A stretch of DNA of 64,000 bases, taken from positions 185,752,001-185,816,000 of the forward strand of contig OZ024742.1 of NCBI GenBank assembly GCA_964016885.1, written 5' to 3'. Below, one piece after another: positions 33,255 to 45,619 of the stretch. A program made the position numbers and the translations under genes. Positions within the stretch are counted from its first letter, which is position 1, and each line of letters starts with the position of its first letter. The stretch is from Eledone cirrhosa (taxonomy: Eukaryota). Under the pieces are notes generated by a model. That model saw only the letters and a list, made by a program, of their open reading frames with translations, was not told the DNA's origin and did no database searches.

Positions 33255-33490
33255 TTATTAAAATAACAGATTAAAGTTTAAGCAAAGAATCGCTGCTTTC
33301 ACCCTTAACGGGATCTTCTGAAACTCAGAGTTTCAGAAGATCCCGTTAAGGGTGAAATCAGCGATTCTTTGCTTAAACTTTAATCTGTTATTTTAATAAA
33401 TATTTGCTCTACGGTTCTTATATATTCGATATATATTTATCCTTATCGAGCCCTCTTTGGATTTTAGTCTTCAAATTTATTATTATTACT
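33250..33490. mobile_element. Short foldback of the PLE pLTR family also present at 39455-40684
   Basis: Arms 33250-33326 and 33329-33402 are palindromic; about 85-nt tail; nearly identical to the ends of the 39.5-40.7 kb element; flanked by (TA)n. Confidence 0.85.
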
Positions 33491-33500
33491 ATTATTATTA

Positions 33501-33547
<47 letters not shown>

Positions 33548-33549
<2 letters not shown>

Positions 33550-36500
33550 TCATAATCATCATCATCATTTTACGTCCGCTTTTTCCTGCTTGCAAGGGTT
33601 GGACGGGTCCTATTCAGCACAACATCTGTCCACTTGTCACGGTCCTTCGTCATATCCTGCATGAGTTTCAGTGATCTGAGGTCTGCTCTCACCACCTCCG
33701 CCCATATTTTTCGTAGTCTACTTCTACTGCGTCTTCCTTCTACTGAGATTTCTTGGCAATTCTTTACCCAGCGGTCATCCTCCATGCGCATCACATGTCT
33801 ATACCATCTCAGCCTTCTCTCCTGCACACCACAACTTATCCCTCTTATACCCAGTTTCTTTCTCAACTCATCTATGCTTGGTCGTTCACGCACATTGGCA
33901 TTGCACATCCAACGGAGCATGCTTGCTTCATTTCTCTCCAGCCGTCGCATAGCCTCTGCGGTTGCTGCCCATGTCTCATTACCATGCAGCATCGTGCATC
34001 TCACACAGGCATCATATTACCGTCCTTTCATACGCAGGGAGAAACCCTTCTTTGTCAACAGGGGAAGCAGCTCCCTAAACTTCTTCCAACCCGTCCTTAT
34101 TCTAGATACTATGGCCTCGGAACACCCCTCTCCCATGATAATCTGATCACCTAGGTACCGGAAGCTATCAACCACTTCTATAGAAACCACCTGCATTGGA
34201 AAAATGTGTCTATCACTGCGATTACTACTGCCAACTTTCCCTGTACATCTACTGCATACATAGTTTTCCCTACCTGTTTGTTTGCCTGCTAACCCACTAC
34301 ATCTCTTGTGTACCCAAGATCTGCATTGCGTACATTTTATGGAATTTATGACAGTTCCTTTCCTACATATCGAACATGGCCATTTCCCTGATGGAATCAG
34401 AGTATCGTCCTCTCTTCTACTCATCAACACTTTTGTCTCGGCTATGTTCACTCTCAGACCTCTTGATTCCAACTGCTGTTTCCATAGCCAGAATTTATTC
34501 TCTAGCTCCCCTACTGATTCTGCTATAAGAACCAGATCATCAGCATAGAGAAGTTCCCATGGGCATCCAGTCAAAACTCCTCTGTTATAGCTTGGAGGAC
34601 TATAATGAACAAGAGCGGGCTGAGGACCGAACCCTGATGTACACCTACTTGTATCTGGAAATCCTCACTAACCTCCATTCATCCTCTCACTTTACTGACA
34701 GCACCCCTGTACATAGCTTGCACTGTCCTCACAAGCTATTCCTCTACACCTAGTTTCTTTAGGGACCACCAGATGACAGATCGGGGTACCCTATCAAAGG
34801 CCTTCTCTAGGTCAACAAAAGTATAGTGGCTTATTCTTCTCTAAGAACCTCTCTTGCAGTTGCCTCACTAAGAAGAGGGCATCTGTTGTACTTTTCCGAG
34901 GCACAAAACCAAACTGCATCTCATCTAATTTGACCCTTTCTCTAATCAGTTGCGCTAATATTCTCTCTGCCACTTTCATAACCTGATCCATCAGCTTTAT
35001 GCCCCTATAATTACTCCTCTCCAGAGTATCCTCTTTACCTTTGTAGCAATTTATGAGAATACTGCTGCACCAGTCTTTGGGTATGACACCACCAGATATA
35101 GCTTGATTGATGATGCGTGCAACCAGTTTAGTGTCTACTTCTCCTGATGCCTTCAGCATCTCAGCAACTATCCCCGACGGTCCAGCAGCCTTACCATTCT
35201 TCATTTCCTTAATTTCCTCTTGTACCCTATATTCGTCAATCACAATAGCTGGTCCCTCTGTTGGGTCTACTGGGGGTAATTTCTCTCTCTCCCATTCGTT
35301 CTCCACATTTATCAGTCTCTCATAATGACATTTCCAAGCCTCCTTTTCTTTATCATTCGTGACACTAAGTACACCGGCATGATTCCGGACACACTTATCT
35401 TCAACAACATCCTGATTTGCACTGACACACTGCCTTGCAATGCGGAACACCGCACGTATCTGATCTTCATGTGGCAGAACATTGGTAAACCTCCTACTCT
35501 CAGCCTCCCTGCGTGCTAAGTACACCTGACGTCTAGCTTCTCTCTTAGCGGCTGTGTATCCTTCTCTACTCCCACCATTTTTCCAAGCCTTCCATGCCAG
35601 TATTTTGTCTCTAATGGCCCTATCTACCGTGCTGTTCCACCACCAGGTCACTCTCTGTCTGGTTGAAGCTCTGCCCCAACCACAAGTTTCTTCAGTAGCC
35701 TGCAGTAAGTTGTCACGCAAGAAATTCCAGTTATCATCTATGTCATACAACTCTAAATCGTCTTCTTTTTCGTCATACACATCTTGAAGGGCTTTGCTAA
35801 ATTTATATTTTAATGAAAGGTCTCTTAGCTGCCAGACCTTTCTTTTCCACACCTTCCTGTTTGTCTCATTCTTTCTCTTACTGAGATGTCACTAACGACT
35901 AACCTATACTGTGGGGTACATTCTTCCCCGGGGTATGCCTTAGTATTTGACACCATCTGTCTGTCTCGCTGTCTAACTAGTAAGAAGTCAATCTGGCTTA
36001 TGTGCTCGCCTGATTTGTAGGTTATTAAGTGGTTGGTAGGCTTCTGGAAGTTAGTGTTGCAAATGGTTAGTGCATTTGCATCACAAAATTCAACAAGCCT
36101 TACTCCTTCTTCATTTCTTGAGGCGTAACCGTGTCCACCATGTACCCCAGTGTATCCATCCTGGAGCTGTCCAACATGACCATTGAAGTCCCCTGCTAGC
36201 ATAACGATGTCCCTGTCCTCTGTCATTGAGGCTGTTTGTAAAAGTTGCTCATAAAAGCAGTCTTTCTCTTCTTTACCTAGGCCTAGGAGATGATTGTCGG
36301 TAGTCTCTTGCCTACAACTAATCTAAGCTTAATTATTCTATTACTAACTCTAACTACCTCTATTGTCTTATTGATCCATCTCTCAGTCAGTAATATGCCC
36401 ACCCCGCCTAACCCATCATCATTATCCACCCAGAAAAGTTATAACTACGATGTTTGCCTGCGATTCGTCTTGCAGAGGCGCCTCTCCATCTCACCTCTTG

Positions 36501-36870
36501 TACACAGCACACATCCACATGCCTTCTTTCCAGCATCTCCGCTATCTCACCAGATCTACCTGTTAAAGTGCCAACATTATGTGTGGCAACTCTGAGATGC
36601 GACGTCTCGTTCTTTTTCCTGTTGTGCGATTGCTTGATGACGGTCGTGGGGTTCTCACACATAGCCTCACTAGCCACCCCACTACCGTGCGCAGTCCTAA
36701 CATGTTTAGTGTTATTGCTGTTTACGCAGTTGTTGTGCGATTGCTTGATGACGGTCGGGGGCTTCTCGCACATGGCTGCACCAGTCACCCCACTACCGTG
36801 CGCAGCCCTAACATGGTTAGTGTTATTGCTGTTTACGCAGTTGTTGCAAATCTCATTCGTTGTGCTCATA
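33548..36870 (-). mobile_element. RTE-clade LINE, near full length, frameshifted (APE endonuclease and RT)
   Basis: APE motifs THNVGTL, CCVQEVRW, GDFNGHVG and QIDF; RT motifs NYRGIKL, QFGF and LLYADDLVL; C-terminal RRLRWY; (TGA)n 3' tail at 33548-33568. Confidence 0.92.
36621..36845. repeat. 111-bp direct duplication in the RTE 5' region
   Basis: GTTGTGCGATTGCTTGATGACGGTCG at 36621 and 36732; in-frame 37-aa duplication in ORF 36408..36869. Confidence 0.9.
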
Positions 36871-36984
36871 GTTTTTGGCAGTAGTATATATACTGTTTGG
36901 ATGCCCTTTCTAACACCAGCACCACTTTACAGCATGGACTAGGTGCTTTTATTCGTGCCACCAGTACTAAGCATATCATATATA

Positions 36985-37793
36985 TATAAAAAACATGAAG
37001 AAAGAAGAATACTGCGTGGTTGCACATGGGTTACATATGATAAAAATAGTCCTTCGTCAGTGATTTTCCAACCATCATTGGTATTTCATCGCATTAAAAA
37101 TCATATACCTCAGGTTGGTGCGAGCAATAACTAAAAAAGGTTATTGGGACCAGTAAATCGCGTAAAGCGAGGGGGACAAGTGAACAACATAGAAGGATAA
37201 AAGCAAACCAAAGAAAGGAAAAAAATAAGCAACATGGTAGTCCTGGTCAGCATAAACTGGGTGGATTTCATGAGCGAAAGGTACAGACGTCCGACGTGAG
37301 TGAGATGTAAGCAACAAGAGACCCACTGTAAGCCGAAGGGGAGAAACAGAGAGTAAGTGAGTGGAAGTGCGAGGAAGCGGTCAGTCGAGAGAAAGTCTAA
37401 CTGACAGAGCGGGCGAGAGAAGGTGAGAGAAACAGAGAGAACGGGGAAGCTGTAAGAGAGAAACAGATAAACGCAGCCGAGGTGAATATATATAAAAAAC
37501 ATGAGAAGAAAGAAGAATACTGCGTGGTTGCACATGGGTTACATAGGATAAAAATAGTCCTTCGTCAGTGATTTTCCAACCATCATTGGTATTTCATCGT
37601 ATTAAAAATCATATACTTCAGGTTGGTGTGAGCAATAACTAAAAAATGTTATTGGGACCAGTAAATCGCGTAAAGCGGGGGGGACAAGTGAACAACATAG
37701 AAGGATAAAAAGCAAACCAAAGAAAGGAAAAAAACAAGCAACATGGTAGTCCTGGTCAGCATAAGCTGGGTGGATTTCATGAGCGAAAGGTAC
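36985..37793 (-). mobile_element. ORF-less 508-bp tandem element (1.6 units) between TA tracts
   Basis: 36988-37285 repeats at about 37494-37793 (TCGTCAG at 37054 and 37562); related to 48912-49720. Confidence 0.8.
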
Positions 37794-38073
37794 ATATATA
37801 TATATATACATGCATATATGTACATATATGGGTAGGTATGTCTGTGTGTAAGTGAGTGTGTGTAGAAAATCTCAACGCATGAAATAACTATGAACAAAGT
37901 TGATTGTTATAAACAATAGTTTAGAAAATCAGGTAAAATAAACGGAAAAAGGGCCCGAGATTTTCTACATTTCTACTCATTTCAATTCACTCGACACTCC
38001 TATATTTATTTACACGCACACACAGACACACACACACACACAATGACACACACATAGACACACACACACGCAA

Positions 38074-38161
<88 letters not shown>

Positions 38162-38167
<6 letters not shown>

Positions 38168-38529
38168 AAATCAAAAGATGATTAAAAGAGTTCCATGTAT
38201 TTTATTATGCGCATTTCAAAAACAAATATCATCATGGGATGATATTTGCGTTCTCATCAGATAAAATAGGGAGACATGATATGAAGCTTAAAAAACACTT
38301 GCGAGCAGTGAAGTGTTAAATCAACATGTCTCCCTATTTTATCTGACGAGAACGCAAATATCATCCTATGATGATATTTGTTTTTGAAATGCGCATAATA
38401 AAATACATGGAACTCTTTTAACCATCTTTTGATTTTATATTATTTATACTCCAGTCCTATAAACTGTTGAGTGCTACTTATCCGATATTTGCATTGCTTT
38501 ATTGTGCTACAATAAAACTCACCTCCTAC

Positions 38530-38531
<2 letters not shown>
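38162..38531. mobile_element. PLE pLTR-like foldback element with a hammerhead on each arm
   Basis: Arms 38162-38278 and 38325-38442; about 90-nt tail; (TA)n on both sides. Confidence 0.85.
38325..38409 (+). ncRNA. Type I hammerhead ribozyme (mirror copy at 38194-38278, minus)
   Basis: TATTTTAT-CTGACGA-GAACGCAAATATCATC-CTAT-GATGATATTTGTTTTT-GAAAT-GCGC-ATA-ATAAAATA. Confidence 0.88.
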
Positions 38532-38587
<56 letters not shown>

Positions 38588-38591
<4 letters not shown>

Positions 38592-38905
38592 AGTATGTAT
38601 GTATGTATACGTACATACATATATGTATACAGACGTACAGTAGTATGTATATATATACATACATGCACACATATATATATGCACGTATCGGTTTACCGAA
38701 CATTTATTATAATGCTCGGTTTGTTTGCATTATAATAAATGTTCGGTAAACCGATACGTGCATATATATGTGTGCATGTATGTATATATACATACTACTG
38801 TACGTATGTATACATATATGTATGTACGTATACATACATACATTCTTACATTTAAGTAAGTGCCGTACTAAGAGTGAGAAATGAAATTTCGTTTCATTCT
38901 ATTCC

Positions 38906-38910
<5 letters not shown>
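38588..38910. mobile_element. Truncated foldback of the 450-bp retrozyme-like family (ribozyme not included)
   Basis: Matches 51963-52090 and 52580-52772; same 3' end CTATTCCATT followed by (TA)n. Confidence 0.85.
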
Positions 38911-38975
<65 letters not shown>

Positions 38976-38978
<3 letters not shown>

Positions 38979-39420
38979 AAACTTTTCGCTTTACATGGCT
39001 GAATACAATAAATGTAATCTGAGTTTTTCGAATATTAATAACATTCGATTCGTATGCAATTATGCAAACAAGCCTCAATTTTATAGCCATGTCAGTAGAA
39101 TGAACCCTTCATTCTTACTCTTGTGTTGGCATGTGAACAGCCAGTCTGCTAATATGCAAATCAGGCCGATCAGTGACTGTGTATTTTTAAAAATAGCATA
39201 TATTTTCACTAGCTCTGACAATTTGGCAGGTGAACAGTGAGCTGTACTGATGAAGGGTGATACCCAGAAACATTAGTGTCTGCAGTTCTGTTCACATGCC
39301 AACACAAGAGCAAGAATGAAGGGTTCATTCTACTGACATGGCTATAAAATTGAGGCTTGTTTGCATAATTGCAAACGAATCGAATATTATTATTAATATT
39401 CGAAAAACTCAGATTACATT

Positions 39421-39424
<4 letters not shown>
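38976..39424. mobile_element. PLE pLTR-like foldback element with the tail on the left
   Basis: Arms about 39009-39140 and 39288-39424; about 35-nt extra tail on the left arm; (TA)n flanks. Confidence 0.85.
39230..39295 (+). ncRNA. Minimal type I hammerhead ribozyme
   Basis: GAACAG..GCTGTA-CTGATGA-A-GGGT-GAT-ACCC-A-GAAAC-ATTAGT-GTC-TGCAGT..CTGTTC. Confidence 0.82.
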
Positions 39425-39454
<30 letters not shown>

Positions 39455-39460
<6 letters not shown>

Positions 39461-40684
39461 TAAAATAACAGATTAAAGTTTAAGCAAAGAATCGCTGCTT
39501 TCACCCTTAACGGGATCTTCTGAAACTAACAAAGTCAATCTGTAAACGCAGAAGTTAATATTTCAAAAACCGTTGCAACCGGAGGAAGACAGGAAGACGA
39601 TACTTTGGTTCGTGGAAACGTTCCCTGGCAAAGAACTGGAAAAAACGAATATAATACGTCATTATTTGGAGCGGTGAAAAACAATTCGACATCAATAATT
39701 ACTACTCCTCCATCACTTTACCACTTCTCCTTAGAGCTATCAATTTCGCTAAAACACTCACAGTGGTTAAGGATTTCGAAGTTGATGTCATCCTCAATGC
39801 CCGTAAGTCGGTGATTAATTTCGACGACTCTATTTGGATTAAAAAATCTAATAGTACCCCATTCGACGTGAGTATGGGCGCCAGCGATTCTGCGGAGGTT
39901 ACTGATCTTATCGGCCTTTTCCTTCTTTTCTCTATCAAGGACGAATTCCCCAACGCGGGCGGCGGTTTGTACCGTGATGGTGGTCTTTTGACCATGACTA
40001 AGTGCGGTCCACGTGCTTGCGACAGGTTCAGAAAAGAACTCACAGCTTCTTTAAAGGCTTCAACCTCTCTATACAGGTTGAGGCCAACCTCTCGGTCGTT
40101 AATTACCTGGACATTACCCTCAATTTATTGAATGGCATGTATTACCCGTATAGAAAGTCGAATGATACGCTTAATTACATAAGTAAGCATTCCAACCATC
40201 CTGCCAGCATAACCAAGAACCTGGTAAGAAACGTTTCTTTGAGGCTTTCCCGTCTATCTACTAACGAGCATATTTTCAACGACCATTCCACATATTACAA
40301 TGAAGCTCTTGCTCGGAGTGAATTTGTCGATAAGGAGCATATACAGAGTACGAGAATAGACCTAGAAGAAATAGATCCCGACGCATTATATGGTATAACC
40401 CACCATATAATATGGAGGTGGCCACACCTTTAGCTAAGATATTTCTATCCCTTATTACGAAGCATTTTCCCCCTACAAACGGTTTTTGAAATATTCACTT
40501 CTGCGTTTACAGATTGACTTTGTTAGTTTCAGAAGATCCCATTAAGGGTGAAAGCAGCGATTCTTTGCTTAAACTTTAATCTATTATTTTAATAAATTTT
40601 TGCTCTACGGTTCTTATATATTTGATATATATTTATCCTTATCGAGCCCTCTTTGGATTTTAGTCTTCAAATTTTTATTATTAC
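39455..40684 (+). mobile_element. Penelope-like retroelement (Naiad-like RT), truncated and internally deleted, with inverted pLTRs
   Basis: RT motifs FDINNYYSSIT, FDVSMGASDSAEVTDLIGLFLL, GLYRDGGL and NYLDITLNL; thumb YISKHSNHP; pLTR at 40478-40684 with an inverted copy at 39455-39574; no GIY-YIG seen. Confidence 0.85.
40510..40582 (+). ncRNA. Type I hammerhead with CAGAAGA (U4A) core
   Basis: AGATTGA..AGTTT-CAGAAGA-T-CCC-ATTAA-GGG-T-GAAA-GCA..TGC-TT-AAACT-TTAATCT; further copies at 39469-39542(-), 33275-33325(-) and 33329-33379(+). Confidence 0.65.
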
Positions 40685-40701
40685 TATATATATATATATA
40701 T

Positions 40702-41415
40702 AGCAGACCTATAAGCTTTGTCACAAATTGACATGAATAACCGGCAGACCTTTCAGGGAAGACACCAATATGATCGGCCCTCAGTGCATGTTTGTGCATC
40801 ATCAACCACGGCATTCCTACTTCTCCACGCAGCAACTGTTGACAGCAGACGGACCGCCTGATCATCGGAACGCATCCCTTCCACATGAAACGGAAGAGTA
40901 AATGCTACAGTGCAGTCAGACGGGACTTAGGACAAGACAATACGGTCAGGCGATTGCAGATGACTGAAGTGATGTATGCGCTTGCCACATCTGCCCGAAC
41001 TTTCAGGGATAGGTTCCTCTCAGCTCATTTCTGGGCGTCAGTGACCACTCTATTCGACGCCTCGTCCCACTCTTTGTCGCTCTGAAGGTCTGGAATGAAC
41101 AAGACCCCGAGCAATTTAACCAGTTCGCTTGTCCAGCGCCCGACGACACTGTTGGGCGGCAAGAACCTGCCTCTCCTGGTTAATTGTTCTCCTGTCAGCA
41201 CTTCCATCAGAGTAGTGCTTCAATGTGATTGGTGCTCAACACTGCTACGGTGACGTCGTCGGCATATGCTGACACGGATCTCCCATGTCTTAGTTCGCTC
41301 AGGATGTCCCTCAACGTCTCCAATTTGAGCAGTAGTGGTTCGAGAGTTAATACATACAACAGGGACGAGAGGAGATAACCCTGGCTGACCGAGCGCATGA
41401 GGTTGAACGGTTCAC
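40702..41415 (-). mobile_element. Decayed Tx1/L1-like LINE RT fragment
   Basis: QGYLLSSLLYVLTLEPLL, SAYADDVTV, VVGRWTSELVKLLGV and IRRSVCCQ are homologous to the 57-62 kb elements. Confidence 0.82.
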
Positions 41416-42654
41416 TCTAACCTCAGAGCAGATATCACTGTGCATTTATACTATCTTCAGTGAGGCCACGTTCGATGAATTGGAGGAAAATGTGGGAAGG
41501 GCCACTTACCTTAGTATTGGGGGGAAGAACGGTTGATCTGTCCTTTCGGTTATTTGCAGTCTCTTGCGCAGAAATGTCAGTATATATTCTTTTGGAAAGT
41601 CTCCTTCTGAAGTTTACAATTGAATCGGAAAATTTGGATTTCAAATGTGTGTATGAGTTTTGTGTGATTTGTATGATTTGTTAGATTGTTGGTAGTGCGA
41701 TTTTGGGGGGTGTGATATAGTATTTTTCTCTAATTGTGGTGTTGTACTCTAATGTGCAGGATGATGCCGCCTAAGAGATATATTTTTCTGGAATGGCATC
41801 CACATTTCTTTGACTGGTTTGGATGAGGGTTTTAACTCCCATTCCCAACCAGTTCTCCTTTTTAGTCTGGTAGAACTCGAGGATGTTTTAGTTTTCCTCA
41901 TGTCTGCTGTGACTGCAACAATTAGCCAAGGAATGGTTATTTCTCGCGGTACCTGCTAGACACGGATCCTTACTAGTCTCTGTTTGCAGTAGTAAGGGAC
42001 CAGCAGGATCTCTTCACTTTGTAGGGGTTTTAGGGAGTGAGATCTTGCTTCCTCTTCTATCGCCTATCTTATCTCCACCATGCCAAAATTCCTACCCCTG
42101 TCGATGTAAGTTTTTAGGTTCCATACGGAATCTAAATGTATTTTTTGTCCCCTGTGGTCTCTTTACCTTCCTTAATTTAAAACCAATAATACGGTATGTC
42201 ACCGTGTGACAGACCGTTTCGGGGTGGTGTCAACAGGGGTGTTGGGTATGACAATATGACCGGCTAACCTGATGTACTTCTTCAAAGTAAGTTACCTTTT
42301 GGAAAAAGGATTTCGTAGCATTAGTGAAAGATATCTTACCATTAGTGCTGGCATTTTGGGCTTGTTTGCCGGCTGTATCGGTGTTATTGTTGTTGCTATT
42401 GTTCTTGTTGTTATTGTTGTTGTTATTGTTGTTTTCGTTGTTTTCATAGTTATAGTTGTTGTTGTCATTGCCATTTTCAATTTTATAGACGTTGATTTTG
42501 CTGCTGTTGTTTTTGTTGTTATCGCTTTTTTCAGTGTTGCTTTCATTGTTGTCATTGTTGTTTTTATTGGTGTTGTTGCTGCTGCTGTCGTCATTGTTGT
42601 TATACCTGTTACTGTTATTAGTAACATTGTTATTTTCTGTATAAAATCCATATA

Positions 42655-43845
42655 ATGCGTCTAGATCTTATTTTTCCTTGTTTTGTCTTCGTACTTTATC
42701 TAGAAATCCGCTCCAAGTCAGAGCTTCATTGTAATATGTGGAATGGTCCGTGAAAATATGCTCATTAGCTGATGAACGGGAAAGCCTCAATGACAGGCTA
42801 GGTTTTTTTTATTTATGTTGGATGGATGGTTAGAATGTTTATTTATATAATTCAAAGCGTCATTGTGCTTTCTATATGGGTAGTACATGCTGTTCAACAT
42901 ACTGAATACCACATTGGAGAAATTTATCACAGATAGGTTAGCGTCCACTTGAATGGTAATGTTGAAATCTTTAAAAAATGCGATAAGTTCTTTTCTAAAC
43001 CTATCAATAGTTCGGGATCCGCACTTAATCCTAGTCAAAAGACCATCATCACGATACATACCCCCACCCACTATGAGGAATTCATCCTTGATAGAGAGAG
43101 ATAAGTGACCTCCACCGAATCGCTAGCACCCATGCTCACGTCAAAGGGGTGCTATTTTATTTCTTCAGCCAAATAGAGTTGTCAAAGTTTATCTCAGACT
43201 TACGAACATATAAAATGACAGCAACTTCGAAATCCTTAATTTCTGTAAGTGTTTTGAAAAATTGAATAGCTCTTAGGAGTGGTAAGGTGATGGAAGAATA
43301 ATTGTTGTTGATGTCGAATCGGATGAAGCGACAGTGTTCTTTGTTATGTATGCCCCTAAATCAATCAATCAACGTAAAAGTTGTCACGGTTAAAGAGGCC
43401 ATATCTCTAATTTTGGGTATAATTCTATCTAAAATTCTTTTACTAGCCTACGTAAATCAGACTTAGTGGGGTTAATGAGCCGAATCGATGGATTGTTATC
43501 AAAATTAGGCTTATGAACCTTCAGAGTAAAATGAGGAATAACAAGGGCAGGGATTCAGTCTGATCTTAGATATTTAGTTTTGAAGTGATTTTTTTACCAG
43601 CGTTATTGATGTCTTTGATTACACTCCGATCAGATTTCCGATAATTTTTGGTAACAGCATTAAGTAACAATTGGTGATATGTACTCCTCTCAACTTGATA
43701 GAGATTACCGGTTTTATCGGAGTTAACATGCACCGGAATAGAATCCTTTATCCATCGAATTCTTTTGTTCAAATCCTGTTGGAAGGAGGTGCTTCTCTTT
43801 CGAAATTTAATACTCCATATAAATTCAAATACATACTTTTCGAAC
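42655..43845 (-). mobile_element. Second decayed Naiad-like PLE RT region
   Basis: SDKTGNLY, FDVSMGASDS, GGMYRDDGLL and YINKHSNHP; homologous to 39690-40400. Confidence 0.85.
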
Positions 43846-43849
43846 GGTA

Positions 43850-44130
43850 ATTGGCAACGTTGTGGTTGCCAATACACTGAGGCCAGTTTGTCTTGAGGAT
43901 CTCAGTTTCGATTTCCTTCCAGTTGGCCTTCTTGAGATTCAGGTTCATGAGGGGTGAGTTATGTTTGATGTTATTTGAACCATATACAGATATTTTTATC
44001 CTGTCGTGGTCAGAAATAGCTATTAGAATTACCTGATAATTGTGAATAAAGTCTGCATTAGTGGTAAAGACTAGGTTGAGTATGTTATTTCCCTTATTTG
44101 GACAGGTAATAAATTGTTGCATGCATGAGA
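43850..44130 (-). mobile_element. CR1/L2-like LINE fragment (end of APE domain)
   Basis: QQFITCPNKGNNILNLVFT..ISDH..LKKANWKEI. Confidence 0.6.
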
Positions 44131-44149
44131 AGAGCTTTCGTGGTGTCCT

Positions 44150-44475
44150 ATCCGAAGCAACTGTCTCCAATTGATCCGGCTGGATCCTACTAGTTAGTTT
44201 TGCTCGTAAAATCTGTTCAGCGATTCTTTCCTTAAACAATCTGCCCATCTATCCGTAATATCGGAGCTGTAATCTCTCAATTCGAAGAAGTAGCGGATCT
44301 ACCTGAATGGACTCCCTAATCTCCGAGCTACACACTCTATCGAATAATGTTACTCTAGAGACCCTTCAGAGGAACACCATTTCGGTTGCTTATATTCGCG
44401 ATCGTATTCTTTCGGACATTACCCAAGATTCATGGCCATATGTAAGTGCTAGCACGAATACCGAATTGAATAATG
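44150..44475 (-). mobile_element. RTE-like LINE 3' fragment
   Basis: LTYGHESW..ATEMVFL..QLRYYG-type C-terminal motifs interrupted by stops. Confidence 0.6.
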
Positions 44476-45619
44476 TGGCACAGAAATAAACGAAACAAAC
44501 AAAAGAAGATAACATTCGTGTTTTTAAAATGTTACAAGTAAGTAAATTAAATTGATTATCCCTTAACTGTCTTCTACAAAATATAGACCTGTGCTTAATC
44601 AATATAAAGCCTTAAGGGAGCGAATTTTATTGAATTCTTTTAAAATATGTTCTTATAATGTAACGTATCATTAAACATATAAACTGTTAAAGAAATATTG
44701 TTTATTGCAAAGAAAATATAAAAGATGGTGCAAAACAATTTAAGAAAAATATTTCTGTATTAACTATGAGAGTGGCGGAACACAGTGGGGTATAGTTAAT
44801 TTTCGTTTGAGATGTTTCAGTATCATGAGAATTCTAAAGAAAGTATTGAGAAATAATTCAAAATCGAAATGATAGATTAATGAAGCGAGAAGATGTTATT
44901 AAAAATTATAGTGATAAGCTGTAATTAAAATTTTAAAATATTGGTCTGGAAAGGCTCCAGGCTGTGAAACAGGAAATCTATGTTCAACATTAATTTTCGT
45001 TGCTGACATAAATTTCGATTATTTCACGTGAGAAAATCGATATTTCTTAGCAATAGATTCAGAAGCTATCATAAACTATTGACTTCCCGGACTAAATGAT
45101 TTACAGTATGTTCTTAGTTCATATTCTGTTCGGAACGTTAAAAGAAACTGAAATATGGTTCGGAGGTTTGCTTCTCAATTACAGTTTCCGGTTTGGTACG
45201 ACTACGTGGCACCTTGTGAAAGTATTTTCTATCATAGTCTCGAGTCGACTGAAACCCTGTGAGAGAAATTTGGATGATAAACACTGTCTAGATATCTATC
45301 AGAGGGGTTACTCCTTGGCTGGTAAATTAATCCATACATTATCGAATTCCATAAATTTATGGAAATAGAAATGAGTTTTCGTGCAATGCTTCATAAAAAA
45401 AAAATCAAAAGAATCACATTTAGACAAATTACAGACAAAGCGATTGCTTTATGAATTTATAATTTTAGTGTCTATCTCTGAATCAGTAAGGTCAATTAAA
45501 ACATGATCAAAATTGATTGGTTTTGCTAAATAATATTGATCCCTTCCTTGTTAAAGAAAACAATATTCAGCATTAGAATATCATTACTATTTATTTATTC
45601 GCACACTAATGTAAACAGA

